Made by a program: the position numbers and the translations under genes. Below the pieces are notes generated by a model, which was given only the letters and a program-made list of their open reading frames with translations, had not been told where the DNA came from and made no database searches. A stretch of 63,469 nt of DNA, counting the filler, from an uncultured Clostridia bacterium (GTDB lineage: Bacteria > CAYTYR01 > UBA6262): the NCBI GenBank assembly GCA_964441745.1. It is 3 parts of 3 records of this genome, joined end to end, with 100 filler letters (N's around TTAATTAATTAA, not from the genome) between each part and the next. Parts side by side here need not be neighbours in the genome. Positions count along the whole stretch, not along the records: positions 1 to 24,631 come from CAYTYR010000025.1; 2 more parts are not named here. One strand, written 5' to 3'. Positions 1 to 10,993 of this stretch are shown here, piece after piece. Position 1 is the stretch's first letter; every line of letters starts with the position of its first letter.

Positions 1-120
1 AAATAGTAAAAACAATTAAAACAGATGCAAACAAATTAATAGAACAGATGCAAACGGATAAAGAATCTGTTTAAATCCGAAAGAATCTGTCTGCATCGTT
101 TCTCAGGAGGACACACTGAA

Positions 121-1506
121 ATGAGCAAGCGTATTACTATTGATTACACTAATTGTATGGATACGGCTCTTAAGCTTAACGGGATCAGTAAAAATAAGCT
201 AAAAGACCTGCAACCAGCTTTGCAGCAAGCGCAAAAAGAAGTAAATCATAAAAAACAGGCAGGACAACTTGGTTTTATGGAATTGCCGTATAAAACAGGC
301 GAAGCTAGAGATATAATGAAACTGGCAGCCAAGTTGAAAGGCAAATTCGATAATTTTGTCGTTCTGGGTATAGGCGGGTCTGCGCTCGGCAATATCTGCC
401 TGCAAAATTCGATTAATCATCTTTATTACAATTTATTGCCTAAAGCGCAGCGCCGGGGGTTCCCCAGGATATTTGTACTGGACAATGTAGATGCTGACCT
501 GGTCAAGGGATTGATGGATGTCATTGAGGTGAAAAAAACCCTTTTCAATGTGATCACCAAGAGCGGTACGACCAGTGAAACCATGGCCCAGTATTTTATT
601 TTCCGTAAAGAGCTGGAAAAACGTTTGGGTAAAAAATACAGCCAGAATATTATTGCCACCACTGATTTAGAAAAAGGTTACTTGCGGGAATTAGCTGACA
701 AAGAAGGATATACCACGCTGGTAGTGCCAAAAAATGTCGGCGGCCGCTTCTCGGTTTTGTCACCGGTTGGATTATTGAGCGCCGCGTTTGGCGGCATTGA
801 TATTGAGCAATTATTAGCCGGCGCCAAGTATATGGATGAACTGTGTACTACTGCGACGATGAGTAAAAATCCGGCTATGATCTATGCCGCGATCCAATAC
901 CTGATGTATCAAAAAGGGAAAACTATTTCTGTGATGATGCCTTATGCCCAGCATTTGAAAGAGTTCGCTGATTGGTATGCGCAGTTATGGGCAGAGTCAT
1001 TAGGCAAGGCGGTTAATAACCAAGGGAAAAAGGTTAATGTCGGGCCGACTCCGGTTAAAACACTGGGAGCCACGGACCAACATTCACAGGTACAGTTATA
1101 TATGGAAGGGCCATTTGATAAAGTGGTCACTATCCTGTCTGTAGAAAAGCTGGCCGCTACCTTGACTATTCCTACTTATAATGATCACTTCCTCGGCGGG
1201 CAGACAATGAACAAATTACTGCTGACCGAAGAAAAAGCTACGGCTATGGCTTTGGCGCAAAATAACCGTCCCAACTTGACCATTGAGATACCTGAGATCA
1301 ACGAGTTTACCATGGGCCAGCTGATCTATCTGTTTGAGTTAGCTACCGCCTATATGGGTGAATTGCTGGAGATCAATACTTTTGACCAGCCAGGAGTGGA
1401 ATTAGGCAAGATCCTGACCTACGCCCTGATGGGACGCCACGGGTATGAGGATAAAAGAAAAGAAATAGAGAAGCAATTGCAAAAGAAAGGGCAATATATC
1501 GTTTAA
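121..1506 (+). CDS. pgi: glucose-6-phosphate isomerase
   Basis: GIGGS, TKSGTT, GGRFSV, QLWAESLGK and FDQPGVE motifs; AGGAGG SD upstream. Confidence 0.97.
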   Translation: MSKRITIDYTNCMDTALKLNGISKNKLKDLQPALQQAQKEVNHKKQAGQLGFMELPYKTGEARDIMKLAAKLKGKFDNFVVLGIGGSALGNICLQNSINHLYYNLLPKAQRRGFPRIFVLDNVDADLVKGLMDVIEVKKTLFNVITKSGTTSETMAQYFIFRKELEKRLGKKYSQNIIATTDLEKGYLRELADKEGYTTLVVPKNVGGRFSVLSPVGLLSAAFGGIDIEQLLAGAKYMDELCTTATMSKNPAMIYAAIQYLMYQKGKTISVMMPYAQHLKEFADWYAQLWAESLGKAVNNQGKKVNVGPTPVKTLGATDQHSQVQLYMEGPFDKVVTILSVEKLAATLTIPTYNDHFLGGQTMNKLLLTEEKATAMALAQNNRPNLTIEIPEINEFTMGQLIYLFELATAYMGELLEINTFDQPGVELGKILTYALMGRHGYEDKRKEIEKQLQKKGQYIV

Positions 1507-1545
1507 GTAATCAGGGGAACCAACAAGTTCCCGAAGGGAAAGCTT

Positions 1546-2103
1546 GTGAAGATCGGCTTGGATATAGATGGGGTATTAGCTGATTCAGACCCGGCTTTCA
1601 GGGCTCATCTGAAAAAGCTTTTTCAACGTCCTTTTCCCAAAAAGGACGTTGTTTGTTTTGATTACCAGCAATGTTTTAATTTCTCCAAGGTCCAATTTGA
1701 ATTATTCTGGGAAACATTTACCCGGCAGGGGAAATGGGAAAAGATCAAGGTAATACCGGGGGTAAGGAAGTTTCTAAACCAGGTAAAAAGCAAAGACATT
1801 ACCGTCATTACTGCCCGGCCTCCTGAGCTTAAAAAACAGACTATCCGCTGGCTGAAGATTAACCGGATTTCTTATCATCAGCTGATCTTTATGTCCCGGG
1901 AGTCCAAACATCATGATGTGCTCTTGCATAACCTGAAATTTGATTATTTTGTGGAAGACCGGTTTGAGTTCAGCAAAGACCTGGCTGACCTGGGTATTAA
2001 AGTATTATTGCTGAATTATCCCTGGAACCTAAAATTCGGAGATTATCCTGGAGTCACGCGGGTAAATACCTGGGAAGAAATTAGCAAGACGATTTTAGGC
2101 TAG
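1546..2103 (+). CDS. HAD-superfamily 5'(3')-deoxyribonucleotidase-like protein
   Basis: N-terminal DIDGVLAD, ITAR, VEDR and PWN motifs. Confidence 0.85.
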   Translation: MKIGLDIDGVLADSDPAFRAHLKKLFQRPFPKKDVVCFDYQQCFNFSKVQFELFWETFTRQGKWEKIKVIPGVRKFLNQVKSKDITVITARPPELKKQTIRWLKINRISYHQLIFMSRESKHHDVLLHNLKFDYFVEDRFEFSKDLADLGIKVLLLNYPWNLKFGDYPGVTRVNTWEEISKTILG

Positions 2104-2208
2104 TAAATATTTCATCAGACAAGAGCAAAAGTGTACAGAGACTAAGCTGAAAGGCTTAGCTTCATTTTTTTGTGCGAATGACGCGAATAAAAAGAACTAA
2201 TTACTCGA

Positions 2209-4044
2209 ATGAGGAGGAACCTTATGTTTAAAAAAGTAATGAGTTGGTTTTTACTGCTATCCGCCATCTGTCCTGTCCCCGCGTCATTGATCCCGATTTT
2301 CGGGATCAGCTGGGGATATCTGCCGTCCGCTTTTGCTGTTTCCCCTGGAGATGTAGTTGTTAACGAAATAATGTGGATGGGCACGGCAGCCTCCAGCTAT
2401 GACGAATGGATTGAGTTGTATAATACCACCGATCAGGATATTAACCTCACGGACTGGGTGCTGAAAAGCGCTGATGGCACGCCGCAAATTATCCTGGCCA
2501 GTACCATTACTGCGCAGGGATATTGTATTTTAGAACGGACTGATGACCTGGTCATTAAGGATATTCCAGCCGATAAAATTTACAGCGGAGCTCTTAGCGA
2601 TACAGGGGAAAGTCTGATTCTAACCGACAGCTATAGTATAGAAATTGATTCCGTACCTTGCAGCAGCGGGTGGTTTGCCGGCGCGAAAGCTCCTTATTAT
2701 TCAATGGAGCGGATTAACCCTGCAGAGAGCGGTTGGCTTAAAACTAACTGGGGAAACAATAATGGCGTTATTATTAACGGGACAGACGCGAACGAGGCCT
2801 CGCTTTTTGCCACACCTCAAGCGCAGAATAGTATTTATTATGACGGGACCAGGGAAGAAGAGCAGACGCCAGATATCCCGGTTGTGGAGCATAAAATAAG
2901 GATTACAGAGGTAGCTTTTGCCGCTCCGACTGATTGGGCGGAGTTATATAATTATGGTGACATGGCGGTAGACATATCCGGCCTGATGCTGACTGACCTG
3001 GATGGCATAGATTCCAGATTAGCCGATAAAACCACGATGTTGGCGCCAGGTCAATATGCCGTAGTCTATTGGGACGAAGCTGGCGCAGATGAAACAGATG
3101 AAGCAGGGGACCTAAATGGTAACAGAGTCGTAGATCTATATCTAGCTGATACTGGCTTATCAGCAACTGATGACGAAGTAGCTTTAATGAGCTCTCCCAG
3201 CGGTGGGCAATACATAGATGCCGTCTGCTGGAGCACGGGTACTGGCGAGTTTGCCAGCAGTGAAGATAAAGACTTAAATTTACTGGTAGATAATGAGCAG
3301 TGGGTCATTGCCGGCGATACGGTTACTAAAAACGACTGTTGGATTGAATCCAGCGTAGTAAAAAGCGATCAATCAATTGGGCGAATAGCTCCAACGACAG
3401 TAGATACCAATACCAAAAATGACTGGTGTTTATTTAAATTGGCTACTGCCGGCATAGATAATCCAAGCCCGGTCTCGCCCCAAGTGACACTGGCCTTTGA
3501 TCCGCCGCCGCCTTTTAAGGAAGGGCAGGTTAAGGTCAGTCTACACATAGAAACCTTGAATTCTATTGTCGAAGCTCCGCGGTTAACTTTTAGTGAAGAT
3601 AATGGAGATGTTAAAGAGATTATTTTAAGCAGAAACGATCAAAACTGGCAGGGGATCCTGGAAATCTCTCAAGTTGAATACGCTAGAGCCATAATCTTGA
3701 AATATGAGGTTACTGATAACGCCAGAAACAGTTGCGAACAGGAAATCACCTATCTTGGACTGGCCTATGTTCCGCCTGAATATGGGGAGAAGCTGTATTG
3801 CTATCCCAATCCCTGGGTCAGGAGTTCCGGCCTAAATCTGAAGTTTTCCAATATAGGAGAGATAGAAAGCTTGATCAAGATATTTACTCTAAATGGGGAA
3901 CAAGTTAAGGCCTTATCTGGCCGAGACGAAATTTATTGGGATGGTACCAATGAAAACGGAGAGAAAGTTGCCGCCGGCATCTATATTTATTATCTGGAAA
4001 ATACCCAATGCGTGAAAAAAGGTAAAGTGGCCATAGTTAGATGA
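2209..4044 (+). CDS. secreted protein with two lamin-tail domains and a C-terminal FlgD-Ig/T9SS-type sorting domain (start possibly 2224)
   Basis: VVVNEIM..WIELYN and IRITEV..WAELYN LTD motifs; YPNP..WDGTN..G..VAAGIYIY..KVAIVR C-terminus; signal peptide. Confidence 0.8.
   Translation: MRRNLMFKKVMSWFLLLSAICPVPASLIPIFGISWGYLPSAFAVSPGDVVVNEIMWMGTAASSYDEWIELYNTTDQDINLTDWVLKSADGTPQIILASTITAQGYCILERTDDLVIKDIPADKIYSGALSDTGESLILTDSYSIEIDSVPCSSGWFAGAKAPYYSMERINPAESGWLKTNWGNNNGVIINGTDANEASLFATPQAQNSIYYDGTREEEQTPDIPVVEHKIRITEVAFAAPTDWAELYNYGDMAVDISGLMLTDLDGIDSRLADKTTMLAPGQYAVVYWDEAGADETDEAGDLNGNRVVDLYLADTGLSATDDEVALMSSPSGGQYIDAVCWSTGTGEFASSEDKDLNLLVDNEQWVIAGDTVTKNDCWIESSVVKSDQSIGRIAPTTVDTNTKNDWCLFKLATAGIDNPSPVSPQVTLAFDPPPPFKEGQVKVSLHIETLNSIVEAPRLTFSEDNGDVKEIILSRNDQNWQGILEISQVEYARAIILKYEVTDNARNSCEQEITYLGLAYVPPEYGEKLYCYPNPWVRSSGLNLKFSNIGEIESLIKIFTLNGEQVKALSGRDEIYWDGTNENGEKVAAGIYIYYLENTQCVKKGKVAIVR
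2272..2316. repeat. 45-nt palindromic cassette inside CDS (near-copy at 22501-22548)
   Basis: cctgtccccgcgtcattgat...atcagc(t/a)gggga shared by both copies; only the central hairpin differs. Confidence 0.85.
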
Positions 4045-4122
4045 CAAGGGATAAAAAAGCTTGATTTTGGGGGCATTTCCTGCTATATATAAGCAAATAA
4101 ACTATCGCTTAAGGGACCAGTT

Positions 4123-4425
4123 ATGAAAAATGAGCAGAGATCTTATGGCCGGATACCAGCTTTAAAACATATCGATGGTATTATGTACCGGGAAAGTAAT
4201 CCGGAAGAACCTATTATTATCCAGATTAAGGATCTTAGCCCAGGCGGCATTCTCTGTGAAAGCAAAGTCGAGATCCAGCCGGACAACATTGTCCATCTGG
4301 AGATAAGATTCCCCTCGATGACTAATGACGAGCCGGGCAAGGTAACCGGAAAAATAGTACGCTGCAGCAAAAACGAACGCAGTAAAAGATTTGATCTAGC
4401 TATCGCCTATATCAGAAATAAATAA
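4123..4425 (+). CDS. stand-alone PilZ domain protein
   Basis: RSYGR (RxxxR) and DLSPGG (DxSxxG) motifs. Confidence 0.85.
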   Translation: MKNEQRSYGRIPALKHIDGIMYRESNPEEPIIIQIKDLSPGGILCESKVEIQPDNIVHLEIRFPSMTNDEPGKVTGKIVRCSKNERSKRFDLAIAYIRNK

Positions 4426-4563
4426 ATAAAAAATATAAAAGTAAATTACTTGATTGCGGAGACTAATAAAGCCGATTACAGTGATTCGTTAGCAGCCATT
4501 AATCATTGTAATCTTTTTTAATCACTATAGTTGTTTACTTTAGGTTGGCTGGAGGCAGCGGCG

Positions 4564-7068
4564 ATGAGAGCGTTAATAATGGCAGGTGGTTTAGGCACAC
4601 GCCTGAGACCTTTGACCATTAATTTGCCAAAACCAATGGTCCCGGTAGTAAATAAGCCCATGGTCGGGCATATCGTTGACTTGCTGAAAAAACACGGCAT
4701 CAAGGAAATGACTTCGATCTTGTATTTTCAACCCGAGATCATTAAAAACTATTTTGGCGATGGCAGCGCCTTTGGTATCCAGATGGATTATGTGGATGCA
4801 GTTGAAGATTTTGGCACTGCCGGCAGTATCAAAAACGCTGAACAAAATGTCCAGGAAACTTTTATCGTCATTAGCGGGGATGTCTTAACTGATTTTGATT
4901 TGAGCAGCGCCTTAAAATTCCATCGCGAGAAAAAAGCTCTGGCGACTATGGTCCTGACCAGGGTGGCTAATCCCCTGGCTTATGGCGTAGTGATCACGGA
5001 TAAAGACGGAAGGATCGAGCGTTTTCTGGAAAAGCCAGTCTGGGGTGAGGTCTTCAGTGATACGGTTAATACTGGTATTTATATCCTGGAACCAAAGATC
5101 TTCGAATTCATTCCCGCCAAGAAGGAATTTGATTTCAGCCGCAACCTGTTCCCGCAATTACTGGAAGGCAAGCAGCCACTCTATGGCTATATTGCCGATG
5201 GTTATTGGAAGGATATCGGGGACCTGGCCGAATACAGGAACGCTCATAATGATATTCTGACCGGTAAAGTGAAAGTAATGATCCCAGGCAACAAATTAAA
5301 TACTATCGGCCGGGATATTTGGGTTGGGGAAGATAGTGAAATAGATAAGCAGGCAGAATTGAATGGCGGGGTGGTGATCGGTAAGAATTGCGTCATTAAA
5401 GCCGATACCCAGATCACCAACGCGGTCATCGGTGATAATACCCAGGTAGAAGAAGGCGCTAAGATCAACAATTGTGTTATTTGGGAAAATTCCCGCATTG
5501 GCCGAAAAGCCGAGCTGAAAGAAAATATTATTTGCCAAGGGGTAGATATTAGGGCTAAAGCTTTTATCCAGGATGGCGCCGTGATCGCTGACGAATGCGT
5601 GATCGGCGAAGAAGCGCGCATCAAGGACAACGTTAAGCTGTGGCCGCATAAAATAGTTGAAGATGGATCCACTCTTTCCACCAGCCTGGTTTGGGGAGAG
5701 AAGTGGTCAAAAACGCTGTTTGGAGCTTCCGGCATTTCCGGATTAGCTAATATTGAAATGACCCCTGAATTTGTCGCTAAGGTCGGGGCTGCCTACGGCG
5801 CTTTCCTGGGCAAAGGCTCTACGGTGATGACCAGCCGCGATTCACATAAAGCCAGCCGGATGATCAACCGGGCTTTTATTTGCGGCCTGCTTTCCAGCGG
5901 GGTGAACGTTAAGGACCTGAGAAATATTCCGACACCATTATTAAGGTACAACCTGGGCAAAGAAGGGGAAAAAGGAGCTATTCATGTCCGTAAATCTCCT
6001 TATGATCCGCAAGTGATTGATATTAAATTCTTTGATATTGGCGGAGTGGACTTGTCGTTCACCAAGGAAAAATCGATTGAACAATTATTCTTCCGCGAGG
6101 ACTTCCGCCGGGCTAAAGTAGAGGATACCGGTGAATTATCTTTCCCTGGCCGTATTATTGAAGATTACAAAGAAGGTTTTTTGAATGCTATTGATCATAA
6201 AGCTATTAGTGATGCCAGACTGCGGGTAGTGATTGATTATGCTTTTGGCGATGGGGCGACTCTCTTTCCTACGATATTAGGCGAACTTGGTTGTGAAGTT
6301 ATTTCTCTGAATGCCAATATTAATCCGGCTAAATTTACCAAGACGGAGAGCGAATTTAACCAGGCTTGGAAAAAGCTGGCTGATATTACAGTGGCTTTAA
6401 AAGCGGATATAGGTTTTATGCTGGACACCGGCGGGGAAAAACTGTTCCTGGTGGACGAAAAAGGACAAGTGTTGACCGATGATAAAGCTTTAGCCCTGGT
6501 CGCTACCTTGGTCATGCGTGAGAAAAAAGGAGCCAGGATCGGGATCCCGGTCACGGCCAGCAGGGTGATTGAAGAAATGGCTAAAAAGTACCAGGCTGAG
6601 ATCATCCGCACAAAAACAACGCCGCGCTCGATCATGGAACAAGCTTTGAAAAAAGAGCAGGATCTGCTGGGCGATAATCTGGGCGGTTTTATTTTCCCGA
6701 ATTTCATGGGAGCTTTTGACGCGATGTTTTCCATGGCCAAGATCCTGGAATTGATCGCCAAACAGAAAGTGCATTTGAACCAGCTGGATGAAGAATTACC
6801 CAAAGTCCATTTCCGTAAAGAACGTGTTCCCTGTGCCTGGGCGGCCAAAGGGACAGTGATGCGCAATCTGGTACAGCGAGCCAAGGATAACGGCGAAAAA
6901 TTCGAATTGATCGATGGGATCAAGATTTTTAATAAAGACTACTGGGTCCTGCTGATCCCGGATCCGGACAAACCATTTTTTAATATTCACGTTGAATCTG
7001 AGTCCAGTAATAAACTGCTGGAAGTCATTAATAAGTATAAGAAGAGAATACAGGAAAGCCAGGCATGA
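4564..7068 (+). CDS. mannose-1-phosphate guanylyltransferase-like NTP transferase, hexapeptide repeats and degenerate phosphomannomutase-fold fusion
   Basis: GGLGTRLRPLT...PKP motif, LbH repeats, C-terminal PGM/PMM fold; GGAGG SD before ATG 4564. Confidence 0.9.
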   Translation: MRALIMAGGLGTRLRPLTINLPKPMVPVVNKPMVGHIVDLLKKHGIKEMTSILYFQPEIIKNYFGDGSAFGIQMDYVDAVEDFGTAGSIKNAEQNVQETFIVISGDVLTDFDLSSALKFHREKKALATMVLTRVANPLAYGVVITDKDGRIERFLEKPVWGEVFSDTVNTGIYILEPKIFEFIPAKKEFDFSRNLFPQLLEGKQPLYGYIADGYWKDIGDLAEYRNAHNDILTGKVKVMIPGNKLNTIGRDIWVGEDSEIDKQAELNGGVVIGKNCVIKADTQITNAVIGDNTQVEEGAKINNCVIWENSRIGRKAELKENIICQGVDIRAKAFIQDGAVIADECVIGEEARIKDNVKLWPHKIVEDGSTLSTSLVWGEKWSKTLFGASGISGLANIEMTPEFVAKVGAAYGAFLGKGSTVMTSRDSHKASRMINRAFICGLLSSGVNVKDLRNIPTPLLRYNLGKEGEKGAIHVRKSPYDPQVIDIKFFDIGGVDLSFTKEKSIEQLFFREDFRRAKVEDTGELSFPGRIIEDYKEGFLNAIDHKAISDARLRVVIDYAFGDGATLFPTILGELGCEVISLNANINPAKFTKTESEFNQAWKKLADITVALKADIGFMLDTGGEKLFLVDEKGQVLTDDKALALVATLVMREKKGARIGIPVTASRVIEEMAKKYQAEIIRTKTTPRSIMEQALKKEQDLLGDNLGGFIFPNFMGAFDAMFSMAKILELIAKQKVHLNQLDEELPKVHFRKERVPCAWAAKGTVMRNLVQRAKDNGEKFELIDGIKIFNKDYWVLLIPDPDKPFFNIHVESESSNKLLEVINKYKKRIQESQA

Positions 7069-7133
7069 GAAAAGTGATAAAGTGGTAAGTGGTAGAGTAA
7101 TAAGGTGAAAGAATAAAAAGGAAAAGAATAAAG

Positions 7134-8600
7134 ATGGAAATAAAATTTGGGACCAGCGGTTGGCGGGGCGTTATTAGCGACGAATTCACTTTCGAGAATG
7201 TGGAAATCGTCACCCAGGCCATCTGCGATTATATAAAAGAAAGTCAGCGGACAGCGGACAGCGGACCCGCCACTAAAGCGTCGGCGGGCAGGCACCGGTC
7301 ACAAGTGATTATTGGTTACGATACCAGATTCTTTAGCGAAAAGTTTGCAGAGGTAACCTCTGCAGTTATAGCCGCGAACGGTTTGCAGGCATTGTTAACC
7401 AAACGCGATACACCAACCCCGACTATTGCCTTTGAGATCCTCCGGCGCAAGGCGGCGGGAGGAATAAATTTTACGGCCAGCCATAATCCAGCCCAGTACA
7501 ATGGTATTAAATTCTCTCCTGCCTGGGGCGGACCAGCATTACCAGAAACTACCAGTGCTATTGAAGAGAACTGCAAAAAATATCTAGCGCAGCCACACTT
7601 GGTTAAGAAAATGTCGTTTGCCGAGGCACTTAATAAACGCTACATACTGATGATCGATCCCCGGCCCCAGTATTTAAATAGATTAAGAAAAATTATTGAC
7701 TTGCCGGCGATCAGGAAAGCCCGTTTGAAAATAGCGGTTGATGTCCTTTATGGCGCTGGTCGGGACTACTTGGATGAATTGTTAAAAGAAGCTGGTGTCA
7801 GGATGCATCTTCTGCATAACTGGCGCGACGTTCTTTTCGGCGGCCGGCCGCCGGAACCGTCATTTGAGAATATACCGGAAATGGTAAAGGCAGTTAAGAA
7901 AGAAAAATGTCACCTGGGACTGGGGACTGACGGTGATGCTGACCGGTTTGGGATCATTGATGAAAAAGGTAATTATATCCAGCCTGGCCATGTGATCGCC
8001 TTGCTGCTGGACCATTTGCAGAAAACCAGGAAATGGCCAGGAGTAGTTGCCCGCTCCGTAATGACCACCAATTTTATCGACGCTGTAGCCAGAAAACATG
8101 GCGTAACATTACGAGAAACCCCGGTTGGTTTTAAATATATTGGCGATATCCTGGTCAAAGAGGGTTTGATCATCGGCGGTGAAGAAAGCGGTGGTTTGAC
8201 CGTGCATGGCCATGTACCGGAAAAAGATGGGATCTTGGCCTGCTTATTAGTGGCGGAAATGATTGCTTACCAGAGAAAACCGCTGAGCCGTATCCTGGCG
8301 GACTTGTACCGGGAAGTCGGTGTGTTTCTTTTTGCCAGGGTCAATTTCCATGTAACTCCGGAACGCATGAATGAATTGAAACAAAACCTCAAGCAAACTC
8401 CTCCGGTCAGCATTGCCGGGATTAAAGTGCAAAAAATTATTACCATTGATGGCTTTAAGTTTATCCTGGAAGATGGCAGTTGGGTCGGTTTGCGTTTGTC
8501 GGGGACTGAACCAGTAGTCCGGTATTATGCCGAAGCAAACAGTAATGCCAAGCTACGGAAATTAATCAGTGCCGGTAAAGTTCTAGTACATAGGCAATAA
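7134..8600 (+). CDS. phosphoglucomutase/phosphomannomutase
   Basis: FGTSGWRG, TASHNP, DGDADR, GEESGG and SGTEP motifs. Confidence 0.95.
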   Translation: MEIKFGTSGWRGVISDEFTFENVEIVTQAICDYIKESQRTADSGPATKASAGRHRSQVIIGYDTRFFSEKFAEVTSAVIAANGLQALLTKRDTPTPTIAFEILRRKAAGGINFTASHNPAQYNGIKFSPAWGGPALPETTSAIEENCKKYLAQPHLVKKMSFAEALNKRYILMIDPRPQYLNRLRKIIDLPAIRKARLKIAVDVLYGAGRDYLDELLKEAGVRMHLLHNWRDVLFGGRPPEPSFENIPEMVKAVKKEKCHLGLGTDGDADRFGIIDEKGNYIQPGHVIALLLDHLQKTRKWPGVVARSVMTTNFIDAVARKHGVTLRETPVGFKYIGDILVKEGLIIGGEESGGLTVHGHVPEKDGILACLLVAEMIAYQRKPLSRILADLYREVGVFLFARVNFHVTPERMNELKQNLKQTPPVSIAGIKVQKIITIDGFKFILEDGSWVGLRLSGTEPVVRYYAEANSNAKLRKLISAGKVLVHRQ

Positions 8601-8669
8601 TTATTTTATTCGCGTAATTAGCTATAATTCGGCTTTTATTCGTAAACAAAAAAACCCTGAAAGGAGTAA

Positions 8670-9962
<1,293 letters not shown>

Positions 9963-10049
9963 ACTGGTGCCGACAGATTAAATAATCGGATTTAGACGGA
10001 TGAATTGATCAGTTTGCATCCGGGAAAATCAGTTTGGATTGTGCTTTAA

Positions 10050-10337
10050 ATGACAAAAATACAGAAACAAAAACTATTTTTCTGGCTAGTCATCGGCCTG
10101 GCTGTACTAGTCCTGGCAGGCAATAAGAATTTCTGGCGATTGGTCAAAGCCTACCGTGAACGGGCTTCGTTTCAGCAGCAATTAATAAAGCTTGACGCAG
10201 AAAACAAGGCTTTACAGAAAAAGATTTATGCTTTGGAACACAATGACCAGGAAATTGAAAAAATAGCCAGGGAAGAATTAGGAATGACTAAACCCGGCGA
10301 AATAGAATACCGGGTTAAGAAACAAGTAAAGAAATAA
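10050..10337 (+). CDS. ftsB: septum formation initiator FtsB/DivIC
   Basis: TM helix, coiled coil, IEKIAREELGMTKPGE; follows eno. Confidence 0.9.
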   Translation: MTKIQKQKLFFWLVIGLAVLVLAGNKNFWRLVKAYRERASFQQQLIKLDAENKALQKKIYALEHNDQEIEKIAREELGMTKPGEIEYRVKKQVKK

Positions 10338-10380
10338 GCCTGCGAGTCCCGATTTACGGGGCTGGCAGAAAAGATATAAG

Positions 10381-10409
10381 TTGACAGAAAAGGCGTTTTG
10401 GGGTACTAT
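10381..10409 (+). promoter_or_regulatory. sigma70-type promoter of the tRNA cluster
   Basis: TTGACA-17 nt-TACTAT. Confidence 0.75.
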
Positions 10410-10421
10410 TATGACTCCCAG

Positions 10422-10529
10422 TGGTTCGACTTCGCTCACCATTCCCTCGAACTCATGCGGCAGGCTCATGACTCTATCAAAAGAACAACCCTGAGTTTGT
10501 CGCAGGGCATCCTGAGCAGGGTCGAAGGA
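10422..10529. repeat. REP-like element (TTCGAC..GCTCA / TGAGC..GTCGAA family), second copy at 54012-54066
   Basis: tggttcgac..gctcaccat and cctgagc..gtcgaagga present in both copies. Confidence 0.8.
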
Positions 10530-10540
10530 CAAATAGACTG

Positions 10541-10623
10541 GGGCGAGTGGCGGAATGGCATACGCGGCAGACTTAAAATCTGCTGGCCTTATGGTCTTGA
10601 GGGTTCAACTCCCTCCTCGCCCA
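10541..10623 (+). tRNA. tRNA-Leu(TAA)
   Basis: GGGCGAG/CTCGCCC acceptor stem, GCAGA-CTTAAAA-TCTGC anticodon arm, long variable arm, TTCAA T-loop. Confidence 0.95.
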
Positions 10624-10791
10624 GGATTAATTACTGGAAAACGCAGCAGGGAAAGCAGTTTTGAGTTATAAGTGTTAATTTGTGGCCAAAAGATTTATGA
10701 TATACCTTTCCGCCCTTAAGCTTGGCGGATCCGTCTCTGGCGGAAATTCAAAACTTAACACTTAAAACTTATAACTTTTTTTAATAGTTAT

Positions 10792-10868
<77 letters not shown>

Positions 10869-10870
10869 AG

Positions 10871-10910
10871 AAAACGGTTACTATGAAAATAGTAGCCGTT
10901 TTTGTTTTTT
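10871..10910 (+). terminator. intrinsic terminator after tRNA-fMet
   Basis: AAAACGGTTACTAT-GAAA-ATAGTAGCCGTTTT stem followed by T-rich tail. Confidence 0.85.
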
Positions 10911-10993
10911 ACGATGGTGACTACAAAAAAATTAGTTGTATTTTATAGCTGATTTCAGGTATGATAAAGCAATTGATCATAAGGAGATAGTTA

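Noticed and set aside
10398-10664. 88-aa ORF
   Set aside because: Spans a REP-like element and tRNA-Leu; spurious.
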